Shown piece after piece: positions 1 through 9,408 of a DNA stretch of 64,000 nt. Source of the stretch: an uncultured Leptospirales bacterium (lineage in GTDB: Bacteria; Spirochaetota; UBA4802; UBA5550); NCBI GenBank assembly GCA_964534225.1, contig CAZHNW010000007.1:1432-65431 (forward strand), in the 5' to 3' direction. Both the position numbers and the translations under genes were made by a program. The notes under the pieces were generated by a model, which was not told the DNA's origin, did no database searches, and worked only from the letters and a program-made list of their open reading frames with translations. Numbering within the stretch: the first letter of the stretch is position 1; each line of letters opens with the position of its first letter.

Positions 1-1202
1 GTTTCAAGAAGTAGAAGTTAACAGGTTGGCAAAAAATCTTTTTAAATTTGCTGATGGTGATTTAAACCTTGATACGAATGTACAGGAAGCCGACAAATAC
101 ACAGCGGAAGAGCGAGAGAACTATCTGAAGATTAATGACGCCCTCAATAAGACTATTGATGCGATGAAAAATGTCACAGAAATAACAAAAGAAATCGCTT
201 CAGGGAATCTCATGGTGGATGTAAAAGTTCGTTCAGAGCAGGATGAGCTCATGAGTTCATTGAAGCAGATGGTGGTTGATCTTACTTCTTTCGCCTCAAA
301 TACACAGGTCGCCGCCGCTCAGGTTGCATCTGGCAGCGAAGAGATGAGTTCATCTGCGGAGCAAATGGCTCAAAATGCCAATGAGCAGTCAGCAAGTGTA
401 GAAGAAGTTTCCAGTTCAATGGAGGAAATGAACAGTTCTGTTATTCAGAATGCAGATAGACGGCGTTGTGCGGTTTAACAAAAAGAATGCTGAAAAAGCA
501 GCAAAGGATGCGCAGGAAGGTGGTGATGCTGTCGCTGAAACTGTTAAGGCAATGAAGAGTATCGCTGAGAAAATAGCTGTTATTGAGGATATAGCAGGCC
601 AGACAAATATGCTTGCCTTAAATGCGGCTATTGAAGCGGCACGGGCTGGAGACCATGGTAAGGGATTTGCCGTTGTTGCCAGTGAAGTAAGAAATCTTGC
701 GGAACGGAGCGGTAATGCAGCTAAAGAGATTAATAATCTTTCAAAAAGCAGTGTTGATGTTGCAGAAAAAGCAGGCAAGCTTATTGAAGAAATAGTGCCT
801 CAGATTCAGAAAACTGCTGAACTGGTCCAGGAGATAAATGCTTCAAGTGCTGAACAGGCAAATGGTATCGAACAGGTAACACTTGCTATTGGAGAGTTGG
901 ATAGAGGAGTACAGCAAAATGCAGCAGCAACAGAAGAGATGGCTTCAACAACAGAAGAACTTTCAGGACAGGCAGAACAGCTTCAGAATGCTGCAGAGTT
1001 TTTTAAAATTGAAGGCAGCAGCAGGATGTCATCGCTGCATGTAAATAGAAATGAGTCAAAAGGTATTAAGCAAATTGATAAAAAGACAAAAGGTAATGGG
1101 AATGGCGGGAAAGGGAGTTTAAAAAATATTGATAATAATTCATCAGGAGAAAAAGGAGTTAAATTGGATATGTCACTGGAAGAGGAATTCGAGAAGTATT
1201 AA
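1..1202 (+). CDS. methyl-accepting chemotaxis protein, 5'-truncated by window edge; reading frame switches near 450-478 (ORF-track pieces 26..478 and 450..1202), so either a frameshifted pseudogene or a sequencing indel
   Basis: HAMP-like connector ([27 protein letters not shown]) followed by MCP signalling domain with conserved hairpin-tip block [43 protein letters not shown]; frame 2 is open from position 2 so the gene starts upstream of the window. Confidence 0.8.
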
Positions 1203-1215
1203 AATTTAAACGTTG

Positions 1216-1254
1216 AATCTGCATATATAACCTTCATGGTTATATATGCAGATT
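1216..1254. promoter_or_regulatory. 17-bp perfect inverted repeat with 5-nt loop (AAT CTGCATATATAACC ttcat GGTTATATATGCAG ATT) between mcp stop and cheR; possible attenuator/weak intrinsic terminator (T5 run follows) or protein-binding palindrome
   Basis: read directly from sequence; AT-rich stem so modest stability; ORF-track ATG at 1236 sits inside it. Confidence 0.4.
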
Positions 1255-1280
1255 ATAATATTTTTGGAGTATTTTGCTTT

Positions 1281-2156
1281 ATGAACATTATTGATAACAA
1301 TTTAAGATTAGGGAGCTGTGCGGTTCCAGTCATGTCTGATGAGGAGTTTACTGATTTAAGCTCACTGATTTATTGTTATCTTGGTTTAAATATAACAACT
1401 GCAAAAAAAATGATGTTGTCGTCGAGGTTGAATAAAAGACTCCGGGAATTAAATTTTAGTACATATAGAGAATATTATAATTATCTGAAATCATATGATG
1501 GCAGAATGCTGGAGTTTGATGAATTAACAGATGCGGTTACTACTAACAAAACTAATTTTTTTAGAGAAAATAAACATTTTGAATTTTTATCCGATGGAAT
1601 ACTTAATGAAATTTTAAATATGAAACGTTTTAATCTTAATAAAAAAATTTACTGTTGGAGCGCTGGATGTTCTACGGGGGAAGAACCCTATACTCTTGCA
1701 ATGATTCTTGAAGATTTTTTATCTCAAAACAAACAATATGATTTTGAAATACTGGCAACAGATATATCAAATAGAGCATTAACAATTGCCCGCAATGCAA
1801 TATATAGGAAAGCAGATATAGAACCTATTCCTGATAGACTAAAGAAAAAATATCTATTGCGAGGCAAGAATAATAGAAAAGGAGAATTCAGAATAGTCTC
1901 TGAGTTGAGGGAAAAGGTGGAGTTTCAGCAGTTGAATCTTATGGATAAAAATTATTTAATGCACAATAAGATGGATATAATTTTTTGTCGCAATGTTATT
2001 ATCTATTTTGATAGGGAAACACAGATTGAATTTTTCGATAAACTTTATGATCAACTTTCTACTGGTGGCTACCTTTTTATTGGGAGCTCCGAATCTCTTT
2101 ATTCTATTAGTGATAAGTTTAAATCTGTCAGACCAACTGTTTACATGAAGGAGTAA
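1281..2156 (+). CDS. cheR: chemotaxis protein methyltransferase CheR (start uncertain: ATG 1281 with GGAG 12 nt upstream preferred; ATG 1332 also possible; 1236 rejected)
   Basis: N-terminal CheR domain (MSDEEFTDLSSLIY..SRLNKRLRELNF) and SAM-dependent MTase core (TNKTNFFRE, WSAGCSTGEEPYTLAMIL, IFCRNVIIYFD) match E. coli CheR layout. Confidence 0.85.
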   Translation: MNIIDNNLRLGSCAVPVMSDEEFTDLSSLIYCYLGLNITTAKKMMLSSRLNKRLRELNFSTYREYYNYLKSYDGRMLEFDELTDAVTTNKTNFFRENKHFEFLSDGILNEILNMKRFNLNKKIYCWSAGCSTGEEPYTLAMILEDFLSQNKQYDFEILATDISNRALTIARNAIYRKADIEPIPDRLKKKYLLRGKNNRKGEFRIVSELREKVEFQQLNLMDKNYLMHNKMDIIFCRNVIIYFDRETQIEFFDKLYDQLSTGGYLFIGSSESLYSISDKFKSVRPTVYMKE

Positions 2157-2205
2157 CAGTGTTTTTGGAAATTAAATTTCACAGTGAATACGGAGCAGGT
2201 TTTTT

Positions 2206-3285
2206 ATGAATAAAAAAATCAGTGTTCTGGTTATTGATGATTCTGCAGTTGTTCGAAATGTTTTAAAAGAAATTTTAGAATCAAATTACAATATTGGTGA
2301 AGTTGAAACAGCAGCCGACCCTTTTGCCGCAGCAGAAAAGATTCAAAAAAAGAAGCCTGATGTTATTACTCTTGATATTGAAATGCCTAAAATGGATGGA
2401 GTTACATTTTTATATAAAATAATGAGCCAATATCCAATTCCTGTTGTAATGTGTTCAAGTCTCACCGGTGAAGGGTGTGAGACAACACTAAAAGCACTTG
2501 AGTATGGAGCTGTAGATATAATAACAAAACCAAAAATGGGGGTTAAAAATTTTTTAGAAGAATCTCAAATTATGATTATTGATTCTGTCATTGCAGCATC
2601 CAAAGCCAAGTTAAAAATATTAAAACAAAATAATAAAATAAAGAACCTGAAAACAGATAAGTATACAGCCGATGTTGTTTTGCCACCTCCCATTCGTAAG
2701 GCAATGTTTAAAACGACTGAAAAGATTGTAGCAGTTGGAGCTTCAACTGGTGGAACAGAAGCGTTGAGAGTTTTTTTAGAGTCAATGCCGCTTGATTGTC
2801 CAGGTATAGTTATCGTTCAGCATATGCCAGAAAATTTTACCTCTGCTTTTGCTAAACGATTAAATGGGATATGTCAAATAGAAATAAAAGAAGCTGAAAA
2901 CGGGGATTCTATATTAACCGGTAGAGCACTGATCGCACAGGGTAATAAACATCTTTTAGTAAAACGCAGTGGGGCACGATATTATGTTCATGTGAAAGAG
3001 GGGCCTCTTGTGTGCAGACATCGACCATCTGTAGATGTTCTTTTTCGTTCAGTTGCTCAAAATGCAGGCAAAAATGCCATTGGTGTTATCATGACAGGAA
3101 TGGGTGATGATGGAGCCAGAGGAATGCTTGAAATGAAAGAAGCTGGAGCATACACAATTGCACAGGATGAAAAGAGCTCTGTAGTGTTTGGTATGCCACA
3201 TGAAGCCATACAATTAAATTCTGTCGATGAAATTGTTTCATTGGAAAAAATCTCGTCTGTTGTAATAAATATGAATAAAAAGTAA
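2206..3285 (+). CDS. cheB: chemotaxis response regulator protein-glutamate methylesterase CheB (REC + methylesterase domains)
   Basis: REC domain ([11 protein letters not shown]...[14 protein letters not shown]) and CheB catalytic domain ([29 protein letters not shown]). Confidence 0.9.
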   Translation: MNKKISVLVIDDSAVVRNVLKEILESNYNIGEVETAADPFAAAEKIQKKKPDVITLDIEMPKMDGVTFLYKIMSQYPIPVVMCSSLTGEGCETTLKALEYGAVDIITKPKMGVKNFLEESQIMIIDSVIAASKAKLKILKQNNKIKNLKTDKYTADVVLPPPIRKAMFKTTEKIVAVGASTGGTEALRVFLESMPLDCPGIVIVQHMPENFTSAFAKRLNGICQIEIKEAENGDSILTGRALIAQGNKHLLVKRSGARYYVHVKEGPLVCRHRPSVDVLFRSVAQNAGKNAIGVIMTGMGDDGARGMLEMKEAGAYTIAQDEKSSVVFGMPHEAIQLNSVDEIVSLEKISSVVINMNKK

Positions 3286-3308
3286 TTCAGTATTCGTCAG
3301 GAGGCAAT

Positions 3309-3851
3309 ATGAATGAGTTAATTGAAAAAAACATGATTAAAAGATCAGAAATTGTGAAATACGGATATGCTGATATCAATGATGAAAATATCGTCCCCAG
3401 TATTTTATATTTAACCTTTTTTTTGGAAAATGAGTTATACGGATTTCCAGTTAGTTCTGTTCGAGAAGTTATGAAATTTAATAAGGTCTTTAAAACACCT
3501 GGAGTGCCCAGATATATAAAAGGTGTTATGAATCTTCGTGGAGAAGTAGTACCTGTTATTGATTTAACGTATAGATTTTATAAAAAGGAAGGCGTGGTAA
3601 ATGATGATACAGATATTATTGTTCTTGAAGTTATGGATAATGATGAAGTTGTTCCTATTGGAGTTATGATTGATTCCGTTCAGGCTGTAGTAGATATCAG
3701 AGAAGATGATATAAAAGAAGCCTCAGAAGTCGGCTCAAAAATCAGGACAGATTTTTTTAATTCAATAGGTATATTTAATAATCAGTTTATTATTCTTTTA
3801 AATGTTGAAAGGGTATTGTATATAGATGAATTATCAAAATTAAATGAATAA
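3309..3851 (+). CDS. cheW: chemotaxis coupling protein CheW
   Basis: CheW-like domain (LYGFPVSSVREVMKF..GVMNLRGEVVPVIDL); GGAGG RBS 5 nt upstream. Confidence 0.85.
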   Translation: MNELIEKNMIKRSEIVKYGYADINDENIVPSILYLTFFLENELYGFPVSSVREVMKFNKVFKTPGVPRYIKGVMNLRGEVVPVIDLTYRFYKKEGVVNDDTDIIVLEVMDNDEVVPIGVMIDSVQAVVDIREDDIKEASEVGSKIRTDFFNSIGIFNNQFIILLNVERVLYIDELSKLNE

Positions 3852-3888
3852 TTTTTTAATTTAATTAAATACATTCAAGGTGAAAAAT

Positions 3889-4185
3889 ATGCAGAGATAT
3901 GATATAGATTTAAAGGTTGATAATGAGAACTCAGTCACATTTTTATTCGATGGTGAATTCTCGATATATTCTGTTGCCGAAATAAAAAAGAAATTCGATG
4001 AAGCATTATGTATATATAAAAATTTTACATTAGTACTTACAAAGGTTTCAAAAATAGATACTGCTGGTTTTCAACTTATAACGTATATGAAAAGAGAGAT
4101 TGCTAACGCAAAAAAAGAATATAGAGTAGTTAAGCCTTCTAAAGATGTTAAAAAATTTTTTGATTTTTTTCATGAATCGATTTGA
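3889..4185 (+). CDS. STAS-domain protein (anti-sigma-factor-antagonist-like) embedded in che operon; GTG at 3880 alternative start
   Basis: SpoIIAA-like pattern (TFLFDGEFSIYSVAEIKKKF...KIDTAGFQLI); AAGGTG RBS before ATG 3889; stop abuts cheA start. Confidence 0.65.
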   Translation: MQRYDIDLKVDNENSVTFLFDGEFSIYSVAEIKKKFDEALCIYKNFTLVLTKVSKIDTAGFQLITYMKREIANAKKEYRVVKPSKDVKKFFDFFHESI

Positions 4186-4199
4186 TTAGGAGAAATAGA

Positions 4200-6389
4200 A
4201 TGAGTAATGAAAAATTTGATCTGCGATCTGTTCGTGAGACTTTTATATTAGAAAGTAAAGAATTATTGAGTGGGATGGAGGCATCACTTCTTTCTCTTGA
4301 GAAAGATCCACTTAATGAAGGTTCGATTAATGCTATTTTTAGAGCCGCTCATTCAATTAAAGGAGGCGCAGGAATGGTCGGCTTTGATAAAATCGGAGAA
4401 TTTACACATGTGTTGGAGAATTTGCTTGATAAAGTAAGAAATTTTTTGATCCCTGTTGACTCAAAGATGATAGAACTTTTATTACATTGTCATGATTTTA
4501 TTTTAGAGATGTTTGATTTTTTTAGCAAGACTATTGATGAAGAATTAAGTGAACAGGCAACCGTCGTTTTTCGTGAATTAACAAATCAACTTAATGATTA
4601 CATGGATGAAGAGACAATTATTGAGCTAGATAACAACGGTTCCGAAAACGATAAAGAGTATGTAATGAATGAGTGCTGGCATATTTCGATTAGATTCGGT
4701 AGAAATATTCTTCATAACGGAATGGACCCGTATTCATTTATTTCTTATTTGCAGGAAAATGGTGAAATTATTAATATAAAATCAATTTTCGATGAAATGC
4801 CTTATGGCAAAGAGATGGACCCAGAATTATGTTACCTGGGGGTTGAGATAAACTTTAAGAGTTCAAATAAAATTGGAAAACAGGAAATTGAAAATGTTTT
4901 TGATTTCATAATTGATGATTGTGAGATAAAAATTATTCCGCCAAGAAGTTCAATATCTGAATATGTAGACTTAATTGATAAGTTGCCTGAAAATTCCATG
5001 AAAATTGGAGAAATATTGATGGAGATCGGTTCATTAACTCAGAATGAACTGGATATTATCCTCTCTATGCAAAATGAAAATGTAAATAATAATTCTAAAA
5101 AGCAGTTTGTCGGAGAAATTATGGTGGAAGAACAAATCGTTCAAAAACCAGTTCTTAAGGCTGCTATAGAAAAACAGGTAAAAGTTAAGAGGAATATTGA
5201 AAAAAATAGTAAATACATTCGGATTGATTCAGGCAAAATTGATGAATTAATAAATCTTGTCGGAGAACTGGTCATTGTTGGTGCTAATGTTAAACAGATT
5301 GCCAATACAGATCATAAAGAAGGTATTAGCGAAGCAGTTGAAGGGATGTCGCGTTTAATTGAAGACATTAGAGACAGTACAATGAATGTAAGAATGGTTC
5401 AGATTGAGGAAACTTTTATAAAATATGAAAGGATCGTTCGTGATTTGTCCAGAGAAAAAGGTAAGGAAATTGAGCTTATCATCAATGGCGGTGATACTGA
5501 ACTTGATAAAACATTAATTGATAAAATTTCAGATCCATTAACACATCTTGTTCGAAATGCAATAGATCATGGTATTGGAACGCCAGATGAAAGAACCAAA
5601 AACAATAAACCAGCAAAAGGAAAAATTCAGTTAAATGCATATCATGAAACAGGCAGTATTATAATTGAGGTCCAGGATGATGGCAAAGGCTTAAATTATG
5701 ATAAAATTTTTGCCAAGGCTGTTGAAAAAGGATTGTTAGAACCTGAGCAAAGTATTTCAGATTATGATTTATTTCAGTATATTTTTGATCCAGGGTTTTC
5801 AACAGCAGAAGAAGTGACCAGTATTTCTGGGCGTGGTGTAGGGATGGATGTTGTTAAAAAAAATATTGAATCATTAAGGGGAACTATTTCTATTGAAAGT
5901 CAAGCTGGTGAAGGTACAATGATGCGCATTCACTTACCATTAACACTGGCAATTATTGATGGATTTATGGTAACGGTTGATGATACTTATTATGTATTAC
6001 CTCTAGATATGGTTGTTGAATGCTCAGAAATACAACAGGAAAATATTGACTCAAAGGATGGCGGGAATTATATAAATCTTCGTGGGGATGTGTTGCCATT
6101 TTTAAAACTTAGTGAATTTTTTACGAATGATCAGGATAAAGTTGATCATTTTAATTCTAAAATTATTGTAGTTGAATTTGCACGCAAGAAAATTGGACTC
6201 GTTGTTGATGATTTAATAGGAGAATTTCAAACAGTTATTAAACCTATGGGAAGGATTTTTAATTACTTAAAGTGGATTAGCGGCTCAACAATTCTTGGTA
6301 CTGGTGAAGTCGCTTATATTCTTGATGTTCCTCAACTTATTCAAACGATTCAAAATACAAAGGAATCTGTAATGGCTCATTCGATGTGA
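4200..6389 (+). CDS. cheA: chemotaxis histidine kinase CheA (Hpt-P2-dimerisation-HATPase-CheW-like); ATG 4182 (overlapping STAS stop) is alternative start
   Basis: Hpt motif FRAAHSIKGGAGMVGF, HATPase_c boxes (HLVRNAIDHGI, DDGKGL, GRGVGMDVV), C-terminal CheW-like domain; AGGAG RBS 8 nt before ATG 4200. Confidence 0.9.
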   Translation: MSNEKFDLRSVRETFILESKELLSGMEASLLSLEKDPLNEGSINAIFRAAHSIKGGAGMVGFDKIGEFTHVLENLLDKVRNFLIPVDSKMIELLLHCHDFILEMFDFFSKTIDEELSEQATVVFRELTNQLNDYMDEETIIELDNNGSENDKEYVMNECWHISIRFGRNILHNGMDPYSFISYLQENGEIINIKSIFDEMPYGKEMDPELCYLGVEINFKSSNKIGKQEIENVFDFIIDDCEIKIIPPRSSISEYVDLIDKLPENSMKIGEILMEIGSLTQNELDIILSMQNENVNNNSKKQFVGEIMVEEQIVQKPVLKAAIEKQVKVKRNIEKNSKYIRIDSGKIDELINLVGELVIVGANVKQIANTDHKEGISEAVEGMSRLIEDIRDSTMNVRMVQIEETFIKYERIVRDLSREKGKEIELIINGGDTELDKTLIDKISDPLTHLVRNAIDHGIGTPDERTKNNKPAKGKIQLNAYHETGSIIIEVQDDGKGLNYDKIFAKAVEKGLLEPEQSISDYDLFQYIFDPGFSTAEEVTSISGRGVGMDVVKKNIESLRGTISIESQAGEGTMMRIHLPLTLAIIDGFMVTVDDTYYVLPLDMVVECSEIQQENIDSKDGGNYINLRGDVLPFLKLSEFFTNDQDKVDHFNSKIIVVEFARKKIGLVVDDLIGEFQTVIKPMGRIFNYLKWISGSTILGTGEVAYILDVPQLIQTIQNTKESVMAHSM

Positions 6390-6413
6390 TAATTGGGCTA
6401 AACAAACATTGTA

Positions 6414-6608
6414 TTATTTATAGAACTGACAACCTCGGTTGACAACTGTGATATAGTTCCCAATAGAAATAAATTTTATGTAAATCGAACAATTTTTAAT
6501 AAATGTTGTTTTTTTTTGATCAAATCGGTGGTTAAGGTGCATTGCGCGGGCCAGAAGAAGGACAATAGCGACAACAGCAGATACAGGAAGAATGATTCTG
6601 GCTCCCAT
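6414..6608 (-). CDS. possible small membrane protein; only the first ~25 codons (MGARIILPVSAVVAIVLLLARAMHL) look genuine, the remainder is translation of AT-rich junction DNA
   Basis: strong RBS GGGAGG 4 nt upstream of ATG on minus strand; hydrophobic helix; ORF spans the GC/AT compositional junction at ~6525. Confidence 0.3.
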   Translation of the reverse strand: MGARIILPVSAVVAIVLLLARAMHLNHRFDQKKTTFIKNCSIYIKFISIGNYITVVNRGCQFYK

Positions 6609-6775
6609 GGCACCTCCCTGGTAGATAATTTTTGAATATATAAAAAAACCCCGGGGAAATCAAATTTTTTTACACCTGAGACGGGCAAAAAAAATGCAGC
6701 ACCGGTGTTTTTACAATTGACATTTAATGAAATGGATATAGAAGGGAATCAGCTTAATCAGAAAGGGAGAAGATT

Positions 6776-6964
6776 ATGGGAGTTGATAAAGCTATACTTG
6801 ATTTTGTTCGTGAATACCATGTATTTTGCGAGAATACCATCTGGATAGCGGTTCTTATTGCCAGTTTTGTTGCACTATCCGGATGTATCCGTTTTGGCAT
6901 TGCCGCATATCGTCGTCACAAGGGGATTTATCCCCCGGCAGCCAGCCAGATGGAAGATCATTAA
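6776..6964 (+). CDS. small membrane protein (62 aa, one TM helix), hypothetical
   Basis: AGGGAGAAG RBS 6-8 nt upstream of ATG; hydrophobic core TIWIAVLIASFVALSGCI; immediately upstream of peptidase/rSAM genes. Confidence 0.4.
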   Translation: MGVDKAILDFVREYHVFCENTIWIAVLIASFVALSGCIRFGIAAYRRHKGIYPPAASQMEDH

Positions 6965-6998
6965 GAGATAATTATTTATTTTACCTGCAGGAGGATCA

Positions 6999-7784
6999 TT
7001 GGTGAGGCGTGTATGGAGCAGTAATATCCTGAGACGCGCACTGCCGGTGGTCCTTTTTTTATTCCTCACGCCGTACCCGGGTTCATCTGAAAAGTCAATC
7101 TACTGCGGCATTACCCCTGAAAAGTACCTGACAGGGCGTTTTGTTCCCGCAGAGACAGCCTGTTTCGTCAACCTCACCACGGAAAAAATTCCCGCATATC
7201 GAAAGAACATGTACCTCCGCAGAGAGGCTGCCACGGCATTAAAGAAAATGATTGATTCCTTTAAGCGTGAACATCCCGACATCAAACTCTACGTGCGCAG
7301 CGCCACTCGCACCTTCTATGACCAGCGCTGGATCTGGCATGCCAAGTGGAATGGCCGCCGCCTGGTAGGGGGGAAAAAACTGAACAAGAGTATAAAGGAT
7401 CACCGCGCCCGCGCCCTGAAAATTCTTGAGTACTCATCCATGCCGGGAACAAGCCGGCACCACTGGGGGACCGATGTCGATTTCAACCGGCTCACCAATG
7501 CCTACTATGAAAAGGCAGAAGGAAAGATCATCTTTAAATGGTTGAAGAAAAACGCCGCCTCCTTTGGATTTGTCCGTCCCTACACGGCGGGGCGTCGGCA
7601 GGGATACAATGAAGAGAAGTGGCACTGGTCATGGCTTCCCCTGGCGCGGCCTATGCTCAAAGACTGGAACCGCCTGGTGAAACCCTCTGACCCTGAAAAA
7701 CTGAAAATATCTTTCAGGGGACTCAGGGCGGCATGGCCCCTGGCATCCCTTTATGTCAATGCCATCAGCGGAGACTGCCGTTGA
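6999..7784 (+). CDS. peptidase M15 family (D-alanyl-D-alanine/LD-carboxypeptidase, VanY-like), secreted
   Basis: signal peptide; M15B zinc-binding motif SRHHWGTDVD and downstream His/Trp-rich block. Confidence 0.7.
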   Translation: MVRRVWSSNILRRALPVVLFLFLTPYPGSSEKSIYCGITPEKYLTGRFVPAETACFVNLTTEKIPAYRKNMYLRREAATALKKMIDSFKREHPDIKLYVRSATRTFYDQRWIWHAKWNGRRLVGGKKLNKSIKDHRARALKILEYSSMPGTSRHHWGTDVDFNRLTNAYYEKAEGKIIFKWLKKNAASFGFVRPYTAGRRQGYNEEKWHWSWLPLARPMLKDWNRLVKPSDPEKLKISFRGLRAAWPLASLYVNAISGDCR

Positions 7785-9406
7785 AGGTGCTCCTTGCCTA
7801 TCTCCCCCCCCCGGAGGAAAGCCACGATTACTACATGTCCCTTCTGCCCTATGGCCTTACCGCCCTGGCAGTGGTGACCGAAAAAGCGGGCTGTGATGTC
7901 ACCCTTGCCAATTTTTCCCGTAAGGGAAGAAAGGGGGCCCTGAAAATCCTGCGTAATGAAAAATTTGATCTTATCGGTTTTTCCCTTTTTAGCTATAACA
8001 GGAACGAGACCCTGAAGTTGATCAGGCGAATCAAAAAGGATATGCCCCGCTGCCGTATTGTTGTGGGTGGTCACCATGCCACGACTCTTTCCGGTGAAAT
8101 ATTGAAACGTTACCCTGAAATCGATCACATTATCTGCGGCGAAGGCGAAGAGGCATGGCTTTCACTGGTTGATGACCTGCAAAAAGGGAAGTCACCGGAG
8201 CGCCTCATTGACGGAATACGTATAAAAAACCTGGATGCGCTGCCCTTTCCTGCTGCATTTCGTGGGAAGACCATAGACATTAATCCCCATGAACAGTACA
8301 AGGTTCTTATTTCGACACGGGGATGTCCCCATCACTGCAGTTTCTGCGCTTCACCCGAGTTCTGGAAGAGGCGTGTCACCTTTCGCAGCGCCGAAAGCCT
8401 TGCCGATGAGGTGGAGTATCTCCACCGGAAACTGGGCATCATCTATTTTTCCCTTCGTGATGATAACTTTACCCTGAAAAAAGGGCGTGTCATTGCCTTT
8501 TCGCGTCTTCTTCGCCAGCGGGGCCTCTACCTGATGTGGAACTGCCAGTCCCGTGTTGATACCATTGACGAGGAGATGCTGCGTGAGATGAAACTGGGGG
8601 GCCTCGAGCATATTCAGTATGGAGTAGAATCGGGATCTGAGAGGATTCTGGCGGAACTCGACAAGGATATAAGGCTCGATGACGTGCGTGCTGCCGCGGC
8701 AGCAACGCGCAGGCTCGGTATCTACCTTTCTATTTATCTCATGGCGGGCCTTGAGGGTGAGACGATCCGTGATATAAAGGCAACGGAAAAACTGATACGT
8801 GAGATCCTTCCCGGCGACGGCATGGTTTCACCCGTGGCCTATTTCCCCGGCACGGAACTTTATAAAAAGGCAAAGCAGGGGGGGAAGTTAAAAGACTCGG
8901 ACTGGTTCTCGCGTAAAGACACGGGCCTTTATGTACGCACAGATGATGAGGCCCGGAATATGGTGATGCTCCTTGTTAACCAGCTGGGAAAGATCCGTCA
9001 GCGGTCATGGTACCGGGAAACAGATTTTATCCATCACCATGAAGCAATGGGCCCAGACTGCTGGGTGACGGATATACTCGAAGGGGATTATTTTCTCGAT
9101 GAGGAGTTCTTTGACGAAGCCGAAGACGCCTACCGCCAGGTAATGGAAAAATACCCTGAAAATATCTGGGGCTATATACGTATGGGCAAATCACGTTTTC
9201 TCCAGGAAGATTACATCGAATCAGAGAAATGGTACTCACGCGCCATTGAGACAGGGGTGCCCTATTACGGGATTTGGCTGAAACTGGCGGAAGTCTATGT
9301 CTGCCTGGAGCGCCGCAGGGATGCCGTGGCGGCACTTAAGGAGGCGCGGCGCCTGAACCGTTTCGACCCCCGCATTAAGAACCTGGGACGCCTTCTTTCA
9401 TCGTAG
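7781..9406 (+). CDS. B12-binding domain radical SAM protein with C-terminal TPR-like region (start TTG 7781/GTG 7787 overlapping upstream stop; ORF-track ATG 7733 lies inside upstream gene)
   Basis: B12-binding Rossmann N-term (KVLLAYLPPP...LIGFSLF..VVGGHHAT), radical SAM CxxxCxxC (CPHHCSFC), TPR-like helical C-terminus. Confidence 0.75.
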   Translation: MKVLLAYLPPPEESHDYYMSLLPYGLTALAVVTEKAGCDVTLANFSRKGRKGALKILRNEKFDLIGFSLFSYNRNETLKLIRRIKKDMPRCRIVVGGHHATTLSGEILKRYPEIDHIICGEGEEAWLSLVDDLQKGKSPERLIDGIRIKNLDALPFPAAFRGKTIDINPHEQYKVLISTRGCPHHCSFCASPEFWKRRVTFRSAESLADEVEYLHRKLGIIYFSLRDDNFTLKKGRVIAFSRLLRQRGLYLMWNCQSRVDTIDEEMLREMKLGGLEHIQYGVESGSERILAELDKDIRLDDVRAAAAATRRLGIYLSIYLMAGLEGETIRDIKATEKLIREILPGDGMVSPVAYFPGTELYKKAKQGGKLKDSDWFSRKDTGLYVRTDDEARNMVMLLVNQLGKIRQRSWYRETDFIHHHEAMGPDCWVTDILEGDYFLDEEFFDEAEDAYRQVMEKYPENIWGYIRMGKSRFLQEDYIESEKWYSRAIETGVPYYGIWLKLAEVYVCLERRRDAVAALKEARRLNRFDPRIKNLGRLLSS

Positions 9407-9408
9407 TG

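Noticed and set aside
1236-1280. ORF-track ATG start for cheR at 1236
   Set aside because: ATG sits inside the 17-bp palindrome, has no RBS, and adds residues with no counterpart in CheR; ATG 1281 (GGAG RBS) preferred.
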